Assembly: GCF_009834535.1 (NCBI RefSeq)
Contig: NC_045696.1
Coordinates: 68,388,001 to 68,452,000, forward strand
DNA from: Camelus ferus
Lineage: Eukaryota
Direction of reading: 5' to 3'
Length of the DNA stretch: 64,000 bases
Shown one piece after another: positions 26,891 to 38,899 of this stretch. Position 1 is the stretch's first letter. Each line of letters opens with the position of its first letter. The notes beneath the pieces were generated by a model, which made no database searches, was not told the origin of the DNA, and was given only the letters and a program-made list of their open reading frames with translations. The translations under genes and the position numbers were made by a program.

Positions 26891-27873
26891 AGGCCAAACA
26901 CATATTACATTTTACATTTGAAGATCAACACATACACAATTAAAATACAGTAGCACCATCCATAAGACAAGTAAAGGTTGGTTAACAGTATGAAATCACA
27001 GCACTGTAGGGGCCCGCGGGGGCTCCTACACTGGGACCCACACCTAGAGCTTGTGCACGATGGTCTTCTCCCTTCCGTCCTGTCACTGCACTGCTAAGAC
27101 TGATGCACAACCTCAGTGGAGATTATGCCAAAAGTCCAAAGGTGGCAACTTTTCTGAATGTAAGGCCTCAGCAAATGGCCCTTTTGCAGGGCTGCCCACA
27201 CTATATCCTCTTTTCATGGTAAGCCATGGAAAATGCAGTGGATTTAGAATCAGGGTGTCAAAGCTCTGGATCTGGCTCTGTCTGATCCAGTGTGTGTGGC
27301 AAGTGCATTCTGTGTGGGCCTCAATTTCCAAATATATGAAATCAGTAGTGCTGAATTAGATAATTGCTAAGGAGCCTCCCAGTGCTGGTATATTATGACT
27401 CTCAATAGCTGTCCACTGAGAGAATGTAGTTGGCTCCATCTCTCCTTGTACGTGGGCATCAATACTCCAGAAGGTGTAAGGGGAGGGATGGTGCTGGGGT
27501 GGAGTTCACTGCTAATAAACAGGAGCTACTTGATTATTTCCTGAAGATGCCGACGTCTGTTAAAGGCCTTCTTATGTCTAGACAACCAGGCCTGAGAAAC
27601 TTCAGACCTTTCTTTTTAAAGAATAAAGATTTTAAAAGTATAGGAAATATTGGTAGAAAGTATTTCTCTTTCATTGTTTTCAAGTTTGTTCTGGTAGAGC
27701 AAGCTTTTTTTTTTTTTTTTTTAAAATAAGGGCAAACTCCTTATCTGTTATTTCCTTTGACTTCAGACAATTACCTTTAATGCAGTGATGGGTGAGCTAC
27801 CTCTAAGTTTCTTACCAGGAATCTCTCTCTAGGTTTTTTTTTTTTTCCTTCTTCTTTTTTCTTTTTCTTCTTC

Positions 27874-27874
<1 letters not shown>

Positions 27875-27908
<34 letters not shown>
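27875..27908 (+). repeat. (TG)17 microsatellite
   Basis: Direct count; preceded by a T/C-rich tract. Confidence 0.97.
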
Positions 27909-27911
<3 letters not shown>

Positions 27912-30900
27912 ATTATGATATTTTTTACATCCCTGTGGGTCCCAGTGGCTTAAAGAGTGCCCAGTTTACAAGTGTCATCTCCTTCCTATCATTACTGGGA
28001 CAGTTTCCAAAAACAAACGGAAGAAGAAGAAGAAAAAAAAGAGAACTGTAGTGCAGAAAAGACACTTGGGAACTGTCACATCTGATTATGAATGCTGGAG
28101 ATCAAAGGTACAAGGGCTTAGAATTGGCCTCCTCCAACTCTTAACATTTAAAATCTTCAGATGGCTTTTGGACCTACTCAACACAGTCCCAGACTTTGGT
28201 CTATAATTGGTTAAAAATTGATAGAGGTGAGGATTCTGGGACTGCCCTCTTTACTTAGAAGTTTACATTTTAACTCCTTCTCCCACCCCAGGGACACATA
28301 TACACACAGCTCCTTTCCAACCCACCTCCAACTTAAAGTTATATGAATATGTATTTAGATGTAAAGGCATAGGATTTGGAACAGACAGACAGCCTGTAAA
28401 TCATCTGGGTTATTCTTTCACACAGTTGAGGAAACTGAGTCCTGACAAGTGATTTTGCTCCAGGTCCCATACGGAGTTCCAGGCAGAACTGTAATTAGAA
28501 ACCAAGGTTTTTTGGCCACAAACCCAGTCATTTTTTTTCCCCTGCCTCACACTGTGCCCTCACGGAGTTGCACGTTTATGCGTACATCTCTGTATGTACA
28601 TATGTTACAGAGACACCGACATGTAGGAATCATGCACCGAGCATCTGTGGTCTGACCTCAGGGAACAGTTTAATGACTCGGATTTCAGGCAGCTGAAAGG
28701 GTTCTGCGGGTGGAGGTTGAAATAAACAAGAAAAGCCACTGTGGAGATGTGAATGGAAAAGTACCGAGCACTCCCTCCCTCGGCACATTCTTCTGCTCTC
28801 CAGCTCTCCCTGCCATCAAGCTGGCTTCAGATAGGCTTCTGCATGGTCAGGTGTACAGAGGGCGGTGTGGAGAAGAAAGAAAAAAAAATGCAGACACAAC
28901 AGGCAAATCAAGTTTTTCCACTTCTAGCCTTAGGTAGTAAAGACAGCTCAGTACAGCACCGGCGGGAGGGTGGGCCAGTCACCCAGAGTTTACAAACATT
29001 CAAGTGCTCTCCTCCCTGCATCCCCCTCCCCGTTCAGCTGCTGCTTTCCCTCATGCTAAGGTTTCATAGGAAGTGAAAACCCTGTTATTCAAAACAGTGA
29101 TCGAATGCAATAAACAAATGATTATGCACCCCCCCATCACTTCTCTATGTTAAGCTCTTGATATTTATTTCCATTTTAAATAAGTGAGAAAAGTGTGGAA
29201 AAATCAGTGTTGTGGGGAAAACTCTGAGCTAGGCTGGAAAGGTTTCTAAAGAGAAAGAAAAGTCTTAGAATAATACAGGCTGAAAGCAGGCAGCATATGG
29301 ATCAAAATTAAATGTTGACACTTCTTTTTCTGAAGGTACTGACTGGAAATCATCTTCTTTTTTTTTAATGTCTCAAAACTTTCTGCTCAATTTCTCTAAA
29401 TCACATCAAAAAAAAAAAAATCCTTTCTTTCTCCAAGGATAATAGAGAGCTTGTTTACAATAGTTCTGAGTGAAGGATTTGAAATAAAACGAATGAGTAC
29501 ATAAGATATCCCATAGCAATCAAAAGAAGTGTCAAGGATTGCAGCACAGGTGACAGGCATAACCAAGCCCGAATGACCATCACAACTTAATATACATCAT
29601 GACTTGGAGTTCGTTCGGAGAACCAGTTTACAATTTGCACAGAGCCCAAAGCAGACTCACTTTCCCCAATTCTGCCAGCAAACAAGACATCCACCTCCAA
29701 ACCCATGTAGTCAGAGCACCTGGATTCTCTAAACCGACACAGGACCATCAAACCAGGCTGACCTCTTAGTGGTGTTCTGGGGTCATGCACGTCTTGCCCG
29801 CAGTGATGACTATCCAGTACTCTTGAAAGAAGGAAGCCTCGAGGGAGGAGCTGAGTGATGGATTAGCAAGGTTCCTTCCAGTTCTAAAATCTATAATTCT
29901 GTGATGTGACAGTTTAAAGATCTACCAAGGTACCAGAAGTTCCTAAAAGGTGAAACCAGTTTCCTATTTGGAGCCCCCTTAGAAAGAGGACAAGACAGTG
30001 TTTATTTAAGGATAGTTTCCTTTTCAGCTATGACTGAATCGTGGGGAAGGCTTTGTGAGGGGAACTTGATGCAAAAATCTATTCCTTTCCTTAAATAGAT
30101 GTAATATTAGGACTAGGGTATTTTATTTTGTAACAAAGCTTATCTTTATCCAGAACGTGTGCTTATGAAACTATTACTATGCCCAGACCACCAAGGCAAA
30201 GAGGCTGGCTTGGTCCTTTGAGCATTAACAGTCAGTAACTATTAAATCATAGGACTGGTTGACACATAGTCCCTTCAAGTCCACAGGAATCACGCATAAG
30301 ACCCCAGACATGGAATCTCTCTTTAGAGCTTCTTAAGTATTTGAATATATTCAAGTCAATCCTTTCTTTAATCCTATTCCATAGCACTGCTGGAGTGAGT
30401 GAGGTGAGGGACATCCACACAGTGAAGCCAACTGGCTACTAATAAGTGGAGATCCAGAATGAGAGAAGGCAGGACATTCTGGAAGGAATCCAATTGGTGT
30501 AAAATTTGATAGTTACTTTCCCAGGAATTGAAAAGAGATTGAGAGGTGGGTACACAATTTTCCTCACTATTCATTCAGTAGAGAGAAAGGGACCCACCTA
30601 AAAGTAAGTCTTTATCTTTTGAACAGTTTCAATTTTATTTTCTTCTAAAAGCCTCCTGTTCTAATCAATCTCTTTCAATATGAACACTTTAATTTGGCCA
30701 AAAAACAAACAAACAAAAAAACAAAATCAGTAGTAGAAATGTGGAACTCTGGCACTTGGCCCCAGAAATAATGTTCTGAGAAGGTCTGAGGTCCCTGGTA
30801 GTGGGATTAATTCTCTATAAAGCAGACCTGGGTGGGGTCGCCCTCAAAGGGCTCCCTGAAGAGACTTAAACAGGGCTGAGGTACCAGAAGGGTGAATTCA

Positions 30901-32169
30901 TTCCCAGCCCCCACTCTGGTTGGTTCTCCTGCCAGAGGGAGATTTCCCTTTGCTCTGCAGCGCCCCCATGGGGCTAAGATTGGAGTGGCAAAGAGAACAT
31001 AGGAGGGACAAGTTGTGTGTTTGAGGGGGGAGGAGACAATGAGGTAGAATGGCAACTTTGACAAATAGGTGACCAAAAATTACAAAAGTGATCTCACTGT
31101 AGAATCAATAATAGGGCAGAGCCATACAATTCACATCCCAAACCACATAGATACACCTGAGAAACCCTAAAGTTCTTATTACACGTAAAAGAAAAAATTA
31201 TCAAACACATAAATACACAAAGAAGATCACTTCAGCAAAATTGGGGTGTCATTTTGAATCCAGTGGGATTCCTTTACAACTCTTTGAAAATGAGGGAGAA
31301 TAAGACCAAAAAAAAAAAAAAAAAAAAAACCCAGATAGTCTGCCTTCTGGCAAAACAAACCTGCACTTGACGATACCATGCCTCTTTGGGGGTAAAATGC
31401 TCACTCCGACAACAGTGACAGGATTAGGCCTATGTATATTTTTCAAAAACCCTTCACAAGACAGGCTTTTTCTGCAAAGGCTGCAGTAATCCATCTGTCA
31501 ATAAGTATTAAAATATTCAGATTTCCCAGGGACAGATACTTACGCATATTTCCTAAGCTCCAGCCCTCGTGGAAAATAATCAGCCCCTTTGGATCTCTCC
31601 TGATTCTGAAAGCCTCAAAACAGCTTTTTCAAAAGTGGGGCTGCATGGAAAACAACATTTTCAGCGATAGATCTGAACTTCTTACGGACTTCTTCCGAGA
31701 AAGAGATCCCAAATTTCCCAGGAAACAACCAGCAATCTTTCATAGCTCTGCTCACTTCTCCACTAAAAACCCAAATGTGGGGTTAGGAGAGGTAGATTAT
31801 TTGGGAAGATATCATTATTGGAAATTAACACGTGCAGAAATTTTGTGGAACCTTTAAGAACTCGTCTGTAATTTAATGAGTCGCCTGAAGGACTCTCATA
31901 GCCAAGGCTCAGAACAGCCTGACCTTTGAAAGCTGCTTCTGGTCCAAACATTTTGGGTTAATACTTGAGGAATCTGAAATATTATTTTCCCCTCACACCC
32001 TTCTTTTAAGAGAGAGACATAAAAGAAACAAGAGTCTCCCTTATTCAGGGATGAGTAGGAGGGGAAAAAACCCCAACCAACATTTAAATAGGGAAACTGG
32101 CAGTTCTGAATAAACAAACCAAGGCCCACAGTGAAATGATTCTGCACTGCATTTGCCTTTAAAAAGAAA

Positions 32170-32209
32170 GGAAGGAAGGAAGGAAGGAAGGAAGGAAGGA
32201 AGGAAGGAA
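32170..32209 (+). repeat. (GGAA)10 microsatellite
   Basis: Direct count; lies within a pure purine tract at about 32161-32219. Confidence 0.97.
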
Positions 32210-33369
32210 GAAAGAAAGATTCGCCCCTTTTCCTCCTCCTCCTAACTCAGCTCTAACGCTAAGAGGACTGTGCTGCGTGCAGCGCCTTGTAGTTGTAGCA
32301 CAGTCTGTTCTAAATACACGCAGTATCTGTGATACTGGCATGCCAGGCCTTTAGAATTCCCTCCGGCTGATCTCTTTAAACACAGACAGGAGAGATTTTT
32401 TACAGCGACCTTGAAACGAGCTGGGAGGCAGAGGGGGTGAATCAAAACCTTAAGAAAAAGCAAAACACAAACACATATTTAGCTCACAGAATTCTGTAGA
32501 ACACACGCTTACACAAACCCACATACACACAACGTTTCTTGTAGCAAGAAATTTCCTAAGAGTCAACAATAACAGAAAGAGTAAACCCACCACTTGCTGT
32601 CCTGTAAAGAAACAAACCAAAACAAAACAAATCCTTTGAACATGTTTCTCAAGGCAAGGAGAGCCTTCTCTTAGTAAAAGTCCAAGGGGAAAAAGAAAAT
32701 TGCACCCCTCCCCAAAAGTGGGGGTTGGGATTGCTACATACGACCAAAAATTTAAGCTGCTTTCAATAGAATCAGTATTAAAATAACACATCTTCTTTAA
32801 AGCGCTTCAGGGATTAGACAGGGGAAAGAAAGAAAGACTCAAAACAAAATCCAACCGATGCGGGATCCTACGATTTACGTAACATCACAAAGTTGCAAAA
32901 GGCGAAAATCAGAAGCAAAAATCCGAAAACAATCAAAATACAACCCCAAATCCCAAGCCACTACACCAGGAAAAAAAAAAAAATACTGTCCCAAATAAAA
33001 ATAAAGCAAATGAACCCACCGAAAACTGCTTGGCAAATATTTTTCTCGTGGTGCCTAATATTTCTAGCTGGAGAGAGCTGTGGTGTTTATTGTTTTTTCT
33101 CTTACTCGCCTCGAAACCTACTATATATAACAGACTTTTTCCAACGGTTCGACCTTCTCGCTCCCTTTTGTGTATTGAGCTCGAGGAGCTGAGTTTATGG
33201 GTAAGAGAGGAGGAATTAGCCCCAGACCCCGGGAAAGCAAAGCGCACTCCCCCTCTTATGTCACCGAATAGCAAATTAGTTCTCAGAATTCCAGAGGCCG
33301 AGCTTTGCTACAGCGAAGACGCCGACGTCACAGAGGGGGCGCCCACGTGATGGTGGCGGAGCAGACCGT

Positions 33370-33685
33370 ACCATCGTCCCGGGCCTGGGGAGGGAGAGCC
33401 ACCGTCTGGCCCCCGGAGCCTCGCATCTAAACCTCCAAACCCTAGACGCCAAGGCCATGAGGACCTAGGAATATGCCGGGTAGTGGGAAAATGCCGTGGC
33501 TTTGAGGGCTTTTTATGGGCGAGGAGAGGCAAAGGTGGCAGAGAGCTGACACCGAGTCCTCCCCTGCCACGTAGCAGTGGTAAAGTCCGCAGCTCAAATT
33601 CCGAGAATTGAGCTCTGTTGATTCTTAGAACTGGGGTTCTTAGAAGTGGTGATGCAAGAAGTTTCTAGGAAAGGCCGGACACCAG
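33370..33685 (+). other. BCL6: BCL6 non-coding exon 1A (5'UTR)
   Basis: Matches the recalled mammalian BCL6 leader (ACCATCGTC ... GTTTCTAGGAAAGGCCGGACACCAG). Donor CAG|GTGATT at 33685/33686. Start is approximate. Confidence 0.9.
33599..33671. promoter_or_regulatory. cluster of BCL6/STAT (GAS-like) sites in exon 1A, autoregulatory element
   Basis: TTCCGAGAA 33599-33607, TTCTTAGAA 33622-33630 and 33637-33645, TTCTAGGAA 33663-33671 (reverse complement is the BCL6 consensus TTCCTAGAA). Confidence 0.85.
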
Positions 33686-33694
33686 GTGATTATT

Positions 33695-33769
33695 GCTGTT
33701 GCTGCCGCCGCTGCTGCTGCTGCCGCCGCCGCCGCTGTTGCCGCTGGTGCCGCTGCCGCCGCCGCTGCT
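33695..33769 (+). repeat. interrupted (GCT/GCC)n trinucleotide repeat at the start of intron 1
   Basis: 25 triplets, mostly GCT/GCC with occasional GTT/GGT, starting 9 nt into the intron. Confidence 0.92.
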
Positions 33770-36700
33770 CATGATCATTATTTTACCTTTTAATTCTTTT
33801 TTTTCCGCTCTTGCCAAATGCTTTGGCTCCAAGTTTCCTATGTGTATCTATTGATGTAAATGTATATATTTATTTATTGTAGCTGTCAGGTGTTAAAATA
33901 AATGCCGAAGATTAGTCCCACGTCTCTCCCACTCTAGGATATAGATTTTTATATATTTATTATTTTATTCTTGTTGTCTTTGAGTGAATCGGCCGGTTTG
34001 GGGAGGCTTTTGCCGCCCTCCCTTGTGTTGTTTTGGTTTTTGAAAAGGAGGTGGAGGAGAGGAAGGAGGGGAATTAGGGGGTGGCCGGTGCAGAGAGGAC
34101 GAGACAGTGCTTGGGGGGTGATTCGGGCAAGTCTGGGGGCTGTCTGGCCCCAGACGGCGGAGAGGACGCGCGCTCGCGCTCTCGCTTTTTCTGCTGCTGC
34201 TTGTGTACGGCTTGTGATCTGGCTGGATTCGTGCGGCTGTGTTTTTTCCCTCTTTTCTCGCTTGCAAACTGCTTTCCTTGCTCTCTCGCTCCAGCCTCCC
34301 CTTCCCTCCCTCCCTCCTCTGCTTCCTTCCCCTCTGCCGTCCTTCTTGGTAACTCCGAGAGGCGAGGAGGGAGGCTGCCCGCTCGCTCGCCCCGCTGGCT
34401 CCCTTCTACTGGCCTCGGTCCTCTAGATTCCCTACCCCCGAGCCGAGATTTGGGAGGAAAAATGCAGGCGAACTCCTCGGTTTTTTGTTTTTGTTTTTCC
34501 CCGTAAACCCAGATGAAGTGTCGGTTCTACTATTTCCTTTCAGAGCCGTGATCTTCCTAACGAGATCCGACTGTTTTGGTGTCCCCTTCCCCTGTGTTTT
34601 GGGAGAGGCTTAGCTTTGCCTGGGGGCGGGGATGTTGAATACTTTGAAAATTATTCTTTCTTGGTTTCAGTCGACGGAGTTGGGAACCCCCGCGCGTTCC
34701 CTCTCCCCATCCTGGGGAGAGAGGCTGGTGGCGGGACGGGGATTTGGGGGGTGGGGTGGGAGAGGGGTGCGCGTTTGCACCTGCGGTGCTGTTCAGCGTG
34801 CGGGGATTCCGGGAACCTTCACAGGACGGCCCAGCCAAGCGGGAAGGTGGCGGGATTTCTGGCGGTCGCGGTGTTTGTATTTTGGGCGCTGCGTGACTCG
34901 GTGTTAGCTCCCAATGGCTGTTCCCCCAGCTTTCCTAAATTTTATTTTTCCCATGGTGCAAGCTTTGTAAAAACAGGCAAATAAATTTTTAAAAACCCTG
35001 CGGGCCAGAGAGTAGCCGGCGTCAGGCTTCAGGTTCCCGAGGTCCTTGCACTGGGTGAGGGGAAAAACAAACAGCCCCAGCCCGCGTTCCTGCGTGCAAG
35101 ACCCAGGAGGAGAGAAGGGCACTTTGTGGCCCTGACTGGGGGACCCGGCGCGGGAGGAGGGGGCGCGGGCGGGAACGGGAGATCTTTGTGAGTGATTTTG
35201 CAAAAACGGATTGCGAGGTTGGTTGGATTTGCAACCTGTGGCTCTCCTCGAGGGAGTAAGAATGGGGGAAGGCGGCGGCGGCGGCGGCCCGGGGCGGGAG
35301 CGGGTAAGGAGTTGGAGCCTCGGAAATCGGCTGCGGTAGGGAGCAGCGGGAGCGAGGGGCCACCCCGCTGCCGGATGTAGTGACCGTGGTAAATGTCTTG
35401 AGAACTGTGGATTGCATTGCCTTTATGATGCCGTGTTATTGGAACTCTGGCCAAAAATGGAACTCGCGTTGCAATAATGAGTTTTAAAAGCTACCCCATG
35501 GAAAACAAGAACACACCTTAAAGATTAAAAAAAGAAAAAAAAAAAGAATGAAAAAGACTCCTTTTATACTGTGCCTTCTTGGAATGTTTGACTTGGTGGT
35601 AGGGGTCCTGACAGCTGAGCAGAGGGAATGACCCCAAACTGGGTGCTCAAAGTCCAGGGCTGTTACTGGGTCCCTGACCTCCTTAGTGAGCAGTCGACGG
35701 AGCATCCCCCTCAGGAAACTGATTTAGTCCTTTATGGATTTTTTAAAAAATCAGTTTTTAGTTTCCAGAAGGAAAGTCTTGTAATGCTTTTACTTTTTTT
35801 TTTAATGTCAGTATATGCTTATATGCTTTTTTTTGTTTTTACTGTCCAGAAAAAAAAAAAAAAGTGGGGCAGGAGAGAAGGAACCAGGGAAAGGGCTGTT
35901 TAGAAATACAGTTTGTGGCTCTGAGCGATGCCACCGGCTTCCTCTACAGAGACTGACAGTTTCCCTTTTTCTTTGCAAGGTGTGTGTGGTTTTAATAAAT
36001 AACTTAAAAAAAAATAAGAGGGGGGACTGGTAAGATCTGTCAGGAGACAGGTATCTATTTTGCTCACTATTTACTACCAAGAGCCTTTGGCACTGGAACA
36101 GAACCTCGTAAATCTGCAGCCCAAGTTGAAGTTCATCTGGCCCTAGTCCACACGCTATTCCTGGAGGTAGCAAACATGAGCTCAAAGGAACGAGGTGAAA
36201 TCACATTCTCACTTTTAAATATATGCTTTTTTTTTTAAGGAGAAAAGATATTTGTCTCTGAGGGAGGAGGAAATGGAAAGGGAGAACCAGGAGATGGGCA
36301 TTCCCTTGCTAAAATGACTACAGTTGAGTCTTCAGGCCAAAATAGAAACCTGTAGATGGGAAATATCCCCCCTTCCCCCATTTATAAATAGAAGTTTCCA
36401 ATATCCTATTTGGAAGACTTTTCCAATACTGCAAGCCCAAGCATTGACTAATTGCTTAAAGATCTGTTGATAGTGGCCATAAAGCTAGAAGCTGTTTGTA
36501 AAAACTGGGCAATGTGAAGAAGATAGCTAGAAGAAGTGGGAATTCTCCAATTAGCGATTTCTTCTGTGCTCAATTTTGAAGGGTTCTGCCCCTTGTTTTC
36601 TTAAAAAAAGACTGTTCAATTTTTATTCTGGGTTTGGTGGACAGGGATGGGACTCAAAACTCTTAAGTTGTCGTTTGCTGAGCCTTAAAGAGTTCCAGTT

Positions 36701-37989
36701 ATTGGTTGAGTAAATGGTAGCCATGACTAGATGTCAAAATTCTTCCTTCCCTCTCCACTGCCGGGTAGCCACACTCACAACCCACTTTGTTGTGAAAAAA
36801 ATTGATTCAGAGGAGGTGGTGCGGCAGCGCCACCCCTCGGTGGGTGAAACTATTTGCAAAAGTCAAATATTTGAAAAATATTGTGAAATGACCTTATGAG
36901 GATTTTTTTCTTTCTTTAGAAAGAGGATTGACAAAACTAACTTTAAAAAAAGATTTCGCAGTTGGTCTCAAAAAGAGGGGGAAAAGCTGCTTTCCAGTTA
37001 GGATGGTGTCACAGGCAAAGTAGTTCGAGTGTGTGTGTCTGTGTGTCTGCATGTGCGCGCGCGCGCAGGGGAAGGTTGCTGGTTGTCTTTAAGTAGGCGA
37101 GTTTTCCAGGCGGTGGTAGTAGCCCTCCTTCCCTATTGGACTTGACTTCTCAGGGCACCTGAATTCTGCTGCCTGTCTGATACTAAGATAAAGAGGAATG
37201 TTTTGGTGTTAAAAAGCATAGTGACTGGAAGTCCTGTCGTTTTGCCAGCGATGCTGGTGGTGTATATCGGGGGATGGGTTGGGGAGGGAGGTTTGTGGAT
37301 GGACTGGGGCAATGGTAGGCTGGTCTCCAGCTGGGTTTGGAGCCCTCTGGGAGTCAGAGTAGTGTGGCGCGTGCCGGTTTCCTGCACTGCGCAACAAGTG
37401 GGAAAGCCGCCGTAGTGATCCCAGCGAGGGTGCTGTGTTGTGGGAAAGCTGGCTGGTTTCTCTTCGCCCCACTGGAAGCCAGAAACGGCTCCTCCTAACC
37501 CTTCTCGCCTCCCAGTCCGAGACCAACAGCCCCACCAAAAGATCATATTCGTCCCCACTCCCCCATCTTCGGCTTAGCGGTGCGCAGTAAGCCTGGATGG
37601 GACTCTCCTGCCCTTGGCCTCTAGGGCCCCTTTTCTCCGTGGGAATCAGAAGTTTATTCCTGACTTTTTCGCTGGTTGACCAGTATTTGGCAGGAAGTTC
37701 TGCTAATACTGTCGAGTACCATTCTGCTTGTTGAAGACAAGTGCACCCTTTCTCTTCCCATTACATTCAGCATTTCGGACTGGAAAAATCAACATATAAT
37801 ACATGAACGCAGCTCCAGTTACCGCGCTGTGATCGCTAGAGGCGTGAGCATGGGAAAGAAGACCCAGTAAATTAAATGTTTTCCAGTTTTGCCCTATGGA
37901 GGCAACCCCCTCCCCCTAATAGGGGAAAAAAAAGTAGGGGGCAGTCGGGTGTGGAAAGCTGTGGTCGCGCGGTGATTTTCGGACAGAGT

Positions 37990-38003
37990 CTGCCACCTAG
38001 TGG
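37990..38003 (-). promoter_or_regulatory. CTCF core motif
   Basis: Reverse complement CCACTAGGTGGCAG fits the consensus CCASYAGRKGGCRS. Confidence 0.75.
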
Positions 38004-38899
38004 TAGACTCTGACTTAGTTCACCGCTTTGGGCAGTCGGCCGACCGCGTCACCTTCGGGCCCCCAAGTATCTCAAACGGGTGCTAGGACTGACAGGGGGA
38101 GGACACCCTCCGATGAGGATGACATCCGACCTCCAATGAATGGATGAAAATTATGAAGTCTCCGGATGATTGCCCCATCCACAGTCGCCCAGCGACGGGC
38201 ATCTGCTTCTGCTAAGAGAACCAAGAATTACCCCATTTTGAACACACTCTCCCAGTCGCTGTGGCCTCTCCCTGAGGAAAGTCGATAGTGGAGGGGTGCC
38301 ACAGGGTCTCTAGGACAAACAGCTCTTCACAGTTGAGGAAACAGACCTGATGAGAGGGTTAATAGTGAGTTAACCAGAACTAACCGGAACTAGATTTTAA
38401 GCTGCCGAGTTCCAGGTCAGTGACTTAAAGTCCAAAGTGAATTTATCTCCACTCTTTTGAGGTGTCTAAGAGAAAGGAACACAATCAGAGAGAGCCATGA
38501 TTTCAACCTCTTAGGTCACCATAGTTTGAAGAGGTTCCCCAGCTGTTCCCAAGGAATTTGTTTAGAAAAGTATGGCCCAAGATTTTCAGTAACAGACTTG
38601 AAAAGACTACAGTAGTACTAAGGGATGGGGGGTGGGGTCTTAGATCTTGGTGGGGGCAGTGGGAGACTGTGTATGCGTGTGTTAGGGCGTGATTAAGATC
38701 CAGTCCCTAGACTTGAAGAGATGAACCTCGCTGCTCCCGAGGCTCACATTGGAATCCTGAAATAGCTCTCTTCGCCTTCCAAACTTTGCTTAGTGGCTTG
38801 GCGAGAAGTCAGTTGTGTTTGGGTCCTCTGGACAGGCAGAATGTAATCCACAACAGCTTCGTAGCAAAGTTTTCTTTTTCGGAGCTCAAAACTTAAGAT

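Larger units (their letters stand above)
33220..35400. promoter_or_regulatory. CpG island covering the BCL6 promoter, exon 1A and 5' intron 1
   Basis: Visibly high CpG/GC density versus flanks. Promoter motifs: TTCTCAGAA 33280-33288, CRE-like CGACGTCA 33323-33330, E-box CACGTG 33344-33349. Confidence 0.85.

Noticed and set aside
33329..33342. CTCF-like AGGGGGCGC in the promoter (and a similar weak match near 36826-36843)
   Set aside because: Only the 3' half of the consensus matches; common in GC-rich DNA.
33965..35454. Many overlapping 90-150 aa ORFs
   Set aside because: Expected from stop-codon scarcity in a CpG island; low-complexity translations.
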